45,617 bases of DNA from an uncultured Flavobacteriaceae bacterium. GTDB taxonomy: Bacteria; Bacteroidota; Bacteroidia; Flavobacteriales; Flavobacteriaceae. A program made the translations under genes and the position numbers. The stretch is from contig CAJWNW010000001.1 of assembly GCA_913044085.1 (NCBI GenBank), positions 1 through 45,617 on the forward strand, in the 5' to 3' direction. The notes under the pieces are model-generated. The model saw nothing but the letters and a program-made list of their open reading frames with translations. It did no database searches and was not told where the DNA came from. Below are positions 10,353 to 18,340 of the stretch, in pieces. Every line of letters begins with the position of its first letter. Positions within the stretch are counted from its first letter, which is position 1.

Positions 10353-11138
10353 ATGAAAAAAATAATTTATTCTTTATTGGCGCTAAGCCTGGTTTTATCT
10401 TGTAGTGATACAGATGACCATGGAGTAGATGTTAATAACTTTGACGGAATCTATTTCGTAGATGGTACATCCGATTATCTAATAGATAACGATGGAGCGC
10501 CTAAATTAATCGAATTAGCTTCCACAAAAACTAGCGGATCAGATAGAACATACACTATCGAAATTGATGAATCATCAACGGCTGTTGCTGGAGTTGATTA
10601 CGATTTAGCATCTTCCTCAGTTACTATTCCAGCTGGAAGTAGCTCTGCTACATTCGCCATTAATGGTAACTTTGACGCTGCAACTCCAGAGGGAGTTACT
10701 TTAAAGTTACTAGTTAGCGATAGCGATATGACAATTGTTTACAATATGGGTATTTTTCAATATTGTGTGTCTGATATTGCAGGAATGTATAGCATGACAA
10801 CCACCTATGGTTTCCATGATTTCTTGCCAACATTTGATACAAACACCCAAGATATGGAAATTGTTGAAATTGGTGAGGGTCTATATTCTATTGCGGACTT
10901 CACAGGCGGACTTTATTCTGATGGACCTTACTCAGGTGCTTACGGTACAGGACCAACCTATGCTGAGATCACTGAAAACTGTGGTTTGATATCATGGTCT
11001 GGACAATCAGATCCTTGGGGAGCTATGGTGCCTCTTGAGGGTGGTGAAAATTCAGTAGATGCTAATGGTGTTATTACTATCAATTGGTACTGTGAAGGAT
11101 ATGGAGAATTTGGAGAATCTATTTACACACCACTATAA
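10353..11138 (+). CDS. Acidic surface lipoprotein, Ig/Calx-beta-like N-domain plus Cys-containing C-domain (SusE-position)
   Basis: Lipobox VLS-C followed by SDTDD; STAVAGVDY..VTIPAG Calx-beta-like motif; directly after susD. Confidence 0.8.
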   Translation: MKKIIYSLLALSLVLSCSDTDDHGVDVNNFDGIYFVDGTSDYLIDNDGAPKLIELASTKTSGSDRTYTIEIDESSTAVAGVDYDLASSSVTIPAGSSSATFAINGNFDAATPEGVTLKLLVSDSDMTIVYNMGIFQYCVSDIAGMYSMTTTYGFHDFLPTFDTNTQDMEIVEIGEGLYSIADFTGGLYSDGPYSGAYGTGPTYAEITENCGLISWSGQSDPWGAMVPLEGGENSVDANGVITINWYCEGYGEFGESIYTPL

Positions 11139-11149
11139 TACTTTTAAAT

Positions 11150-11986
11150 ATGAAAAATATATATAAATTACTAACGTTAGCATTAACACTAACAATAATC
11201 ACTTCATGTGAACGAGATCAGGGGGATTATCCTTACTTAGACAGAGATATAACGCTCGGTTTTAGAGGAGCTAGTGGTTCGTTACTCGTTGAAGACGGGG
11301 CTAGCAACATTGTATCAGCAACAGTTGGTGCGAGTACTATAGTTAGCAGTGATGCAACATTCTCAGTTTCAGTAGACGATTCATCAACAGCTGTGTTAGG
11401 TGTTGATTATAATTTTGTTGCTGGTCAAGATGGAACACTTGCAAGTGGAAATATTCTATCAAATATTGACATTGTAGCTGATTTTGAAAATTCAGTAGAA
11501 GAAGGAAAGACTGTTGTATTGAATTTAACTTCCAACGACCCAAGTTTAGTGGTCTCTGAAGCATTCTCTCAATACACTATTACACTTATCAAATTCTGTC
11601 CTATAAATGCAGATTTTACTGGATCTTATACTCTTAGTACTACAGCAACTGGTATTTTTGATTCAGCAGTATTTTTGAACGGAGCTGTAACTATTGAGAT
11701 GGGTGCTGAACCAACAGATAGAGTTATGTCAGTTTCTCCATATCCAGAGTTTGGTGCTTTTGCACCTATAGACTTTGCATTCAGTTTAGTATGTGGAAAT
11801 GTTATAGTTCCTACTGGGCAGGTAACAGGAGTCGGTTGTGGATCAAGTACTACAATTGGACCTGCAGCTACAACAGGTATATACAATTCGAATGATGATT
11901 CATCATTTACAATTGTAATTAGTGACGACGAAGGTGGCTCATGTGGAGCAGCATATGAAGCTGCGTTTATTCTGAACAAAAACTAA
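11150..11986 (+). CDS. Second acidic surface lipoprotein, paralog of the preceding gene
   Basis: Lipobox ITS-C followed by ERDQGD; VDDSSTAVLGVDY matches IDESSTAVAGVDY upstream; four further Cys in the C-domain. Confidence 0.8.
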   Translation: MKNIYKLLTLALTLTIITSCERDQGDYPYLDRDITLGFRGASGSLLVEDGASNIVSATVGASTIVSSDATFSVSVDDSSTAVLGVDYNFVAGQDGTLASGNILSNIDIVADFENSVEEGKTVVLNLTSNDPSLVVSEAFSQYTITLIKFCPINADFTGSYTLSTTATGIFDSAVFLNGAVTIEMGAEPTDRVMSVSPYPEFGAFAPIDFAFSLVCGNVIVPTGQVTGVGCGSSTTIGPAATTGIYNSNDDSSFTIVISDDEGGSCGAAYEAAFILNKN

Positions 11987-12000
11987 ATTGTTAAATATTT

Positions 12001-12033
12001 AAAAAAAGGGCTCTTTTGAGCCCTTTTTTTTTT
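12001..12033 (+). terminator. Intrinsic terminator of the susCD-lipoprotein operon (bidirectional form)
   Basis: AAAAAAAGGGCTC-TTTT-GAGCCCTTTTTTTTTT, 14 nt after the stop codon. Confidence 0.92.
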
Positions 12034-12054
12034 ATCATTACACAAATAAAAAAA

Positions 12055-13977
12055 ATGAAGCAATATTTCACTATACTCATCATTTTCACTTTTGGCATAG
12101 TATTCTCACAAACTAAAAATGAACAAAAGAAAATCATTGGTACATATGATTCAGATCAAATCTCTATCATAAATGTCTTTCTAAAGGATTTAAATAAAAA
12201 AAATACTAAATCTGTTAAAGAGTTTTTAGTTAAAAATCCTGAAGTGAAAGAGATAATTAAAAATGAAGATGGTGTTATAAAAAAATTAAAATACATTATT
12301 AACAATAGGCCAATATATATTGAAACGCATAATACAAACAGTGCTAAATCCACTAGAACTAATTTCTTACATACAGGTGGAGACCTTGGCTTAAATTTAG
12401 GTGGTGAAAATATGTTTATTGGAGTTTGGGATGGTGATAATGTTCGAGATACTCATGTTGAATTTTTAAGCAATAATTTCCCACCAAGCAGTAGAATAAC
12501 AACACCAGATTTTGGATCATCAGATGTTTATGGTAATCACGCGACACACGTAGCTGGTACTATCATTGCAAATGGAACAAATGAAAATTCTAAAGGAATG
12601 GCGCCAAATGCTGAATTAATATCATATGATTGGGATTCTGATAGTACAGAAGCGTTTTATGAAGCAACAAATAATGGTTTGTTATTATCTAATCATTCTT
12701 ATGGAGTACCTGTTCAACAAAATGACAACTTCAACTACCTAATGGGAAGCTACAGTGCCGAATCTCGAGAATGGGACGAAATAGCATACGGGGCCGAATA
12801 TTACCTTCCCGTTATTTCAGCAGGTAATGATGGTCAAGAAGAGTACAATGGAGGTTTAGCTAACGGATTTGATAAACTTGTTGGGAACAAAACATCTAAA
12901 AATACAATGGTAGTAGCAAATGCAAGTAACCCATATATACTACCTACCGGCAATCTTCTAGTTCTGAATATAAATCCAAGCAGTAGCCAAGGTCCAACAG
13001 ACGACGGACGAATTAAGCCAGATATTTCAGGAGATGGTACTAGTGTATTTTCATGTAGCGCATCTACAAATAATGGTTACTACGTTGCAAGCGGAACCTC
13101 AATGGCGGCACCAAATGTTTCAGGAACGCTTTTGCTCTTACAAGAATATTATAACATATTGAATGACAAATTTATGAAAGCAGCAACACTAAAAGGCTTA
13201 GCTTGTCATACCGCCGACGATGATAACACAGTTGGCCCAGATCCAATTTTTGGATGGGGACTGCTTAACGCTAAATTTGCAGCTGAAACTATACTCAATG
13301 ACAACAATAATTTAGCACAAATATATGAAGGTACTTTAATTCAGGGCGAAACCTACACCTATGAATTCTCATCAACTAATGGTGGGGCACTAAAAGCAAC
13401 ATTGTGTTGGACTGACCCTCCTGGGCCAGTGAATAATGTGCTTAATAGCCCTCAACCTGCATTGGTAAATGATTTAGATTTAAGACTAACAACAAGTGGA
13501 ACAACCTATTATCCATGGAAATTAAATCCAAACAGTCCTCAGTCATGGGCGACAAATAATAGCGATAATAATGTGGATACTGTTGAAGGGATTACTGTTA
13601 GTAGTGCACAAAATGCAGATTATACGATTACTGTGTCACATAAAGGAGGTTTGCAATCAGGAAGTCAAAACTTTTCATTAATTATTACCGGACCAAACTT
13701 ATCTTTGAGTAATCCTTCCGTGAATAAGAATAATTTTATAATTTGGCCAAATCCTACATATGATATAATCAATTTTAAATTACCTACTCAGACTTCAAAA
13801 CCAACCTTTGTTTCATTGTATGATTTACAAGGTCGTCAAGTTTACAAACAAACTATTAATCCTGTAGGTTCTGTAACAAGAGGTCAAATTAAAACGACAT
13901 CCATAGCAAGAGGGGTTTATGTATTAAGAATAAATCAAGGAAATGCATCGATGCAGCAAAAAGTATTGCTAGAATAA
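12055..13977 (+). CDS. S8 subtilisin-like serine peptidase with T9SS type A C-terminal sorting domain
   Basis: Triad motifs GVWDG, HATHVAGT, GTSMAAP; SAGN oxyanion Asn; DDGRIKPDI; CTD IWPNP...LYDLQGR...GVYVLRI...KVLLE. ATG 12055 gives a clean signal peptide; the track start at 12016 lies inside the terminator. Confidence 0.93.
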   Translation: MKQYFTILIIFTFGIVFSQTKNEQKKIIGTYDSDQISIINVFLKDLNKKNTKSVKEFLVKNPEVKEIIKNEDGVIKKLKYIINNRPIYIETHNTNSAKSTRTNFLHTGGDLGLNLGGENMFIGVWDGDNVRDTHVEFLSNNFPPSSRITTPDFGSSDVYGNHATHVAGTIIANGTNENSKGMAPNAELISYDWDSDSTEAFYEATNNGLLLSNHSYGVPVQQNDNFNYLMGSYSAESREWDEIAYGAEYYLPVISAGNDGQEEYNGGLANGFDKLVGNKTSKNTMVVANASNPYILPTGNLLVLNINPSSSQGPTDDGRIKPDISGDGTSVFSCSASTNNGYYVASGTSMAAPNVSGTLLLLQEYYNILNDKFMKAATLKGLACHTADDDNTVGPDPIFGWGLLNAKFAAETILNDNNNLAQIYEGTLIQGETYTYEFSSTNGGALKATLCWTDPPGPVNNVLNSPQPALVNDLDLRLTTSGTTYYPWKLNPNSPQSWATNNSDNNVDTVEGITVSSAQNADYTITVSHKGGLQSGSQNFSLIITGPNLSLSNPSVNKNNFIIWPNPTYDIINFKLPTQTSKPTFVSLYDLQGRQVYKQTINPVGSVTRGQIKTTSIARGVYVLRINQGNASMQQKVLLE

Positions 13978-13993
13978 ACGACACTTTGAAATT

Positions 13994-14027
13994 ATAAAAA
14001 AGACGGGCATTTGCCCGTCTTTTTTAT
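13994..14027 (+). terminator. Intrinsic terminator after the S8 peptidase
   Basis: Perfect inverted repeat ATAAAAAAGACGGGCA-TT-TGCCCGTCTTTTTTAT. Confidence 0.92.
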
Positions 14028-14062
14028 GAGATCACAACTAAATTAAATTGTATTTTTACAGC

Positions 14063-14809
14063 ATGCAAAAAGAAATCAAACTTTACGGATTGCGTGCCAT
14101 ACTGGAAGCTATTGAAGCCAATAAGTCTATTGACAAAATATTCTTGCAAAAAGGTCTCAAAGGTGAGTTGTTTGGTAAACTAGAAAATAAGATTCGAAAA
14201 AAAGACCTTAATTTTAGTTACGTACCAGTTGAAAAGCTAAACAGACTAACGCCTAATAACCATCAGGGCGCGGTAGCAAAAATGTCCCCCATTTCCTTTT
14301 ACGATTTAGATAACTTGGTTACTGCTGTAAAAGAGACGAAGCAACACCCTCTATTTTTAGTGTTGGACCAATTGAGCGATGTTCGTAACTTCGGAGCTAT
14401 TATAAGAACCGCTGAATGTACGGAAGTTGACGGCATTATCATACAAAAAAAAGGCAGTGCACCAATAAATGGAGACACCATTAAAACAAGTGCAGGCGCT
14501 GTTTTTAATATCCCAATATGCAAAGTTGATCACATCAAAGATGCCTTGTATTATTTCCAAGCCTCAGACATAAAAATCATTGCTGCAACTGAGAAAACCG
14601 AAAACTCGATATACATTACAGATTTCACAAAAGGCTGTGCCATTGTCATGGGTTCAGAGGGCAAAGGAATTTCCTCATCGGTATTAAAAATAGTGGATGC
14701 CAAAGCCAAACTTCCAATGTTTGGTAACATAGCATCTTTAAATGTTTCGGTCGCTTGTGGCGTATTTTTGTACGAAGTGGTACGCCAACGTCAATCGTCT
14801 GATTTGTAG
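14063..14809 (+). CDS. rlmB: 23S rRNA (Gm2251) 2'-O-methyltransferase, SPOUT family
   Basis: NHQG, DVRNFGAIIRTAE, MGSEGKG, SLNVSVA; ATG at 14063 preferred over TTG 14048. Confidence 0.92.
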   Translation: MQKEIKLYGLRAILEAIEANKSIDKIFLQKGLKGELFGKLENKIRKKDLNFSYVPVEKLNRLTPNNHQGAVAKMSPISFYDLDNLVTAVKETKQHPLFLVLDQLSDVRNFGAIIRTAECTEVDGIIIQKKGSAPINGDTIKTSAGAVFNIPICKVDHIKDALYYFQASDIKIIAATEKTENSIYITDFTKGCAIVMGSEGKGISSSVLKIVDAKAKLPMFGNIASLNVSVACGVFLYEVVRQRQSSDL

Positions 14810-15519
14810 TTATAATTAATCTTTATATCTTTTGAAGAATGTTCGGATTCACCTTTATCAATAAAATTACCATCGGCATCAAATTGCTGTAAAAATAAAT
14901 CCTTAGAGACATCATAATCCTCGGATTCCCAAGCATAAGATTCTGAATTTGGTAGATGTGATTTAAAAAACAATGCGAAGAAAAGACCTAAAACGAAGCC
15001 CGATAGGTGTCCTTCCCAAGACATTTTTTCTTTCACTGGAAAAATATACCATAACATACCGCCATACAGGAACACCACAGCAAGCGAAAGCGCTATCAAG
15101 CGGTAATGTTTAGAAAGCAGACCTTTGAACAATAAAAAGCTCATTAAAACATAAACTAAACCACTAGCACCGATGTGGTAGGCCGATTTTCCGATACACC
15201 ATATAAATAGGCCTGATAAGATAATTCCCCAAAAAATAAGCCGCCAGGCCAGTGGTCTATAAAAATAAAATAAAGCCATAGAAAGCACAAACAAAGGCAG
15301 ACTGTTATGGTATAAATGGGATAGAGATCCATGAATAAAAACACTAGAAAAAATACCAACAAGACCACTAGTTGTACGTGGATAAATTCCATAAGATTTT
15401 AAATCAAGGCCAAAGCGGAGTTCAGCCCAAAAAACCACCCATATAAATAATAAAAATAAAATAGGATAACCTAAAACGCCAGTTGTGAACTGAAATGAAT
15501 AATTTGACTTCATTGACAT
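14791..15519 (-). CDS. Rhomboid family intramembrane serine protease
   Basis: Multiple TM helices, HLYHN, catalytic HIGASG and SWEGHLSG. Confidence 0.9.
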   Translation of the reverse strand: MSMKSNYSFQFTTGVLGYPILFLLFIWVVFWAELRFGLDLKSYGIYPRTTSGLVGIFSSVFIHGSLSHLYHNSLPLFVLSMALFYFYRPLAWRLIFWGIILSGLFIWCIGKSAYHIGASGLVYVLMSFLLFKGLLSKHYRLIALSLAVVFLYGGMLWYIFPVKEKMSWEGHLSGFVLGLFFALFFKSHLPNSESYAWESEDYDVSKDLFLQQFDADGNFIDKGESEHSSKDIKINYNYKSDD

Positions 15520-15567
15520 AAAAATACAAAAGTTGAAATAACTTAAAAAAAAAGTTTACTTTGTGGT

Positions 15568-16845
15568 ATGAATACTCCGCTCGCAGAACGTCTTCGCCCA
15601 AGCATACTCGCAGATTATATAAGCCAACGACACCTCATTGGGAAAAATGGAGCTCTTACAAAAGCTTTGCAGAAAGGATTGATTCCATCCATGATTTTAT
15701 GGGGCCCTCCAGGCGTCGGAAAGACAACCCTAGCCAACATCATTGCCAAATCATCCGAACGCCCATTTTATACCCTAAGCGCAATCAACTCTGGTGTAAA
15801 AGATGTACGAGAAGTCATTGAAAAAGCCAAAAAAAAAGGAGGTCTTTTTACCACTAAAAATCCCATTTTATTGATTGATGAAATTCACCGTTTTAGCAAA
15901 TCTCAACAAGATTCTTTACTACAAGCCGTAGAAAAAGGCTGGTTGACTCTCATCGGTGCGACCACTGAAAATCCAAGTTTCGAAGTTATCTCAGCCTTGT
16001 TATCGCGCTGCCAAGTTTACACCCTAAACCCATTTGATAAAGCCGACCTCAAGGCTCTATTAGACCGCGCACTTAAAACAGATGAAGCTCTTGTAAAGAA
16101 AAATATCAAACTTCAAGAAACTGAAGCTTTGATCAAATTATCTGGTGGTGATGCGCGTAAATTACTCAATATCTTTGAACTAATCGTCAATTCGGAAAGC
16201 GGAAAAAAAATTGTAATTACAAATGATTTTGTACAGAATAAGGTTCAAAATAACCAAATTATTTATGACAAAACAGGCGACCAACACTACGACGTAATAT
16301 CGGCCTTTATCAAATCTATCCGAGGCAGTGATCCCAATGCAGCCGTATACTGGCTAGCACGAATGCTTGCCGGCGGTGAAGATATCAAATTAATTGCCAG
16401 GCGGCTTTTGATTTTAGCCAGTGAAGACATTGGAAATGCCAATCCCACAGCCCTTGTCATGGCCAATTCAACGATGCAAGCCGTAGCAGCAATAGGACTC
16501 CCTGAGTCTCGAATAATTTTAAGTCAATGCGCTACCTACTTGGCTTGCTCACCAAAAAGTAATGCAGCTTATCGAGCCATCAATACAGCCATGGCTTCGG
16601 TAAAGGAAACTGGGAATACCAGTGTCCCCTTGGATTTAAGAAATGCGCCAACGCAATTGATGAAATCAATGGGTTATGGCGTCGACTATAAATATGCGCA
16701 TAAATTTGATAAAAATTTTGTGATTCAAGAATTTTTACCAGAGGGCTTAGAAAATACAAAGTTTTATTCACCAGGTGAAAACACTCGAGAACAAGTTCAA
16801 AGAGAGTTTCTTAAGCAATGCTGGAAAGACAAATACAATTACTAA
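15568..16845 (+). CDS. rarA: Replication-associated recombination protein A (MgsA/RarA AAA+ ATPase)
   Basis: PLAERLRP, WGPPGVGKTT, IDEIHRF, GATTENPSF, SAFIKSIRGSD, SEDIGNA. Confidence 0.96.
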   Translation: MNTPLAERLRPSILADYISQRHLIGKNGALTKALQKGLIPSMILWGPPGVGKTTLANIIAKSSERPFYTLSAINSGVKDVREVIEKAKKKGGLFTTKNPILLIDEIHRFSKSQQDSLLQAVEKGWLTLIGATTENPSFEVISALLSRCQVYTLNPFDKADLKALLDRALKTDEALVKKNIKLQETEALIKLSGGDARKLLNIFELIVNSESGKKIVITNDFVQNKVQNNQIIYDKTGDQHYDVISAFIKSIRGSDPNAAVYWLARMLAGGEDIKLIARRLLILASEDIGNANPTALVMANSTMQAVAAIGLPESRIILSQCATYLACSPKSNAAYRAINTAMASVKETGNTSVPLDLRNAPTQLMKSMGYGVDYKYAHKFDKNFVIQEFLPEGLENTKFYSPGENTREQVQREFLKQCWKDKYNY

Positions 16846-16847
16846 AG

Positions 16848-17618
16848 CTAAGGTATTAAAAGTTCGATAACTGTCTTTTTTTCAAGAACGTACTCCCGTA
16901 CCCAACGCTTTCCGCGTTTATAGGCAATACCCGGAAGCTTGTCAATGATAAAAATTCCTTCTTCCATGGTTGGGTGTATTGAATAAAGGACCCTGCCGTT
17001 GGCGTCAGTGATATCATAACCATAGGCTGTCGAAACAATTAAAGTCTTAGGAAGCTCTGGCGAATCAACCGTATCAGCGCTAGCAACAACAACGGGGACT
17101 GAAGGCGTCTGAACACTAGGGTTTGGCAACACAGTTGTTGACGTCTGAATTGGTGCAGAAATATCAATTGTAGCGCTCGCTTCATGATTATAATTAAGTA
17201 CTTCCATGGAATCAAATGCAGCTCTGAGAGCTTGATGGTAGGCCATTTTGAAATCTTTTTCTTTTGAAGTACCAATAGCCGATCTAAAAACCACCTCTTT
17301 TTTGCAATTTATAAACTGTACTTCAAGTTTTGTTTTTAAAAATCCTTTTATTTTTTCAACATTCACATCTAATAACAAGCAACTGTTGGCGGCCAAATCA
17401 GAAGGGTAATTTTCAATAGATTCCAGGACAGTAAACCCTTTTTTGGTCAATAAAAACTGGGTCAATGAACTCAATTGATATTGGTCGCTAGTCTTTAAAA
17501 AATCAAAGCGATCGGGAACTGAAACATATTTATACTGATTCAAATCTGTTTGTGCCTCAAGGGAGGCTTGATAAATAATAAAGAGTGTAATTGTTATGTT
17601 CAAAAAAAATTTCATCAT
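16848..17618 (-). CDS. Secreted/periplasmic hypothetical protein with Pro/Ser/Thr/Val-rich linker
   Basis: 256 aa ORF, signal peptide ending LEA-Q, fills the gap between rarA and yjjG; function unknown. Confidence 0.75.
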   Translation of the reverse strand: MMKFFLNITITLFIIYQASLEAQTDLNQYKYVSVPDRFDFLKTSDQYQLSSLTQFLLTKKGFTVLESIENYPSDLAANSCLLLDVNVEKIKGFLKTKLEVQFINCKKEVVFRSAIGTSKEKDFKMAYHQALRAAFDSMEVLNYNHEASATIDISAPIQTSTTVLPNPSVQTPSVPVVVASADTVDSPELPKTLIVSTAYGYDITDANGRVLYSIHPTMEEGIFIIDKLPGIAYKRGKRWVREYVLEKKTVIELLIP

Positions 17619-17653
17619 ATTGGATTTTGGTATGAAGATAGTATTTTTTTAAT

Positions 17654-18340
17654 TTAAAGGAATTGTTTGAGTTCAGATAGCTTTTTAATAGCGACGATGC
17701 CATCAGGGATTTTAGCTTTGTGGTAATTAAAACAAAGTGCATCCATACCCATATTTTTGGCACCTAAGATATCAGCTTCAAGATTATCGCCAATCATTAA
17801 ACTGGCATCTATATCCGCCTTCGCAAGGGCTAAAGCATGGTCAAATATTTTACGGTTAGGCTTTTTAACACCCACCATTTCAGAGTTAGTAACGGTCTCA
17901 AAATAAGGTGCAATTCCAGATTTTTGTAATTTGCCATGCTGTACTTCTTTAAAACCATTGGTTATGATGTGTAATTTATATTTGGGTTTAAGGTATTCTA
18001 GAATTTCTAAGGTCCCTTCAAATAAATGATTGAAGGCAGATAAAAAGGTTATGTACTCATCAGATAAAATGTTAATTAATTCTGGAGTCACGGAAATGTT
18101 CAAGGCCCTAAAAGCATCGTCTAATCTTGAAAAGCGTAAGGCTTCTTTATTAATTTTTTCTTCACGGTACAACTTCCAATAATTCAAATTGATGGGCGCA
18201 TAGACTTCCAAAAACGTTTCTAAACTCAAAGGAATGTCATGGCTTTTAAAAAGCTTTTGAAATGTGAGTGCTGAATTTTTATCAAAATCCCAAAGCGTGT
18301 GATCCAAATCAAAAAAAATATTCTGCTTATGCTGATACAT
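17654..18340 (-). CDS. yjjG: YjjG-family HAD noncanonical pyrimidine nucleotidase
   Basis: FFDLDHTLWDF, IITNG, KKP, MIGDNLEADI HAD motifs I-IV. Confidence 0.88.
   Translation of the reverse strand: MYQHKQNIFFDLDHTLWDFDKNSALTFQKLFKSHDIPLSLETFLEVYAPINLNYWKLYREEKINKEALRFSRLDDAFRALNISVTPELINILSDEYITFLSAFNHLFEGTLEILEYLKPKYKLHIITNGFKEVQHGKLQKSGIAPYFETVTNSEMVGVKKPNRKIFDHALALAKADIDASLMIGDNLEADILGAKNMGMDALCFNYHKAKIPDGIVAIKKLSELKQFL

Noticed and set aside
5821-11979. Antisense ORFs across susC, susD and the lipoproteins (e.g. 11626-11979)
   Set aside because: Codon-bias shadows fully nested in well-supported genes.
12016-12054. N-terminal extension of the S8 ORF
   Set aside because: Lies within the terminator hairpin; ATG 12055 gives a proper signal peptide.
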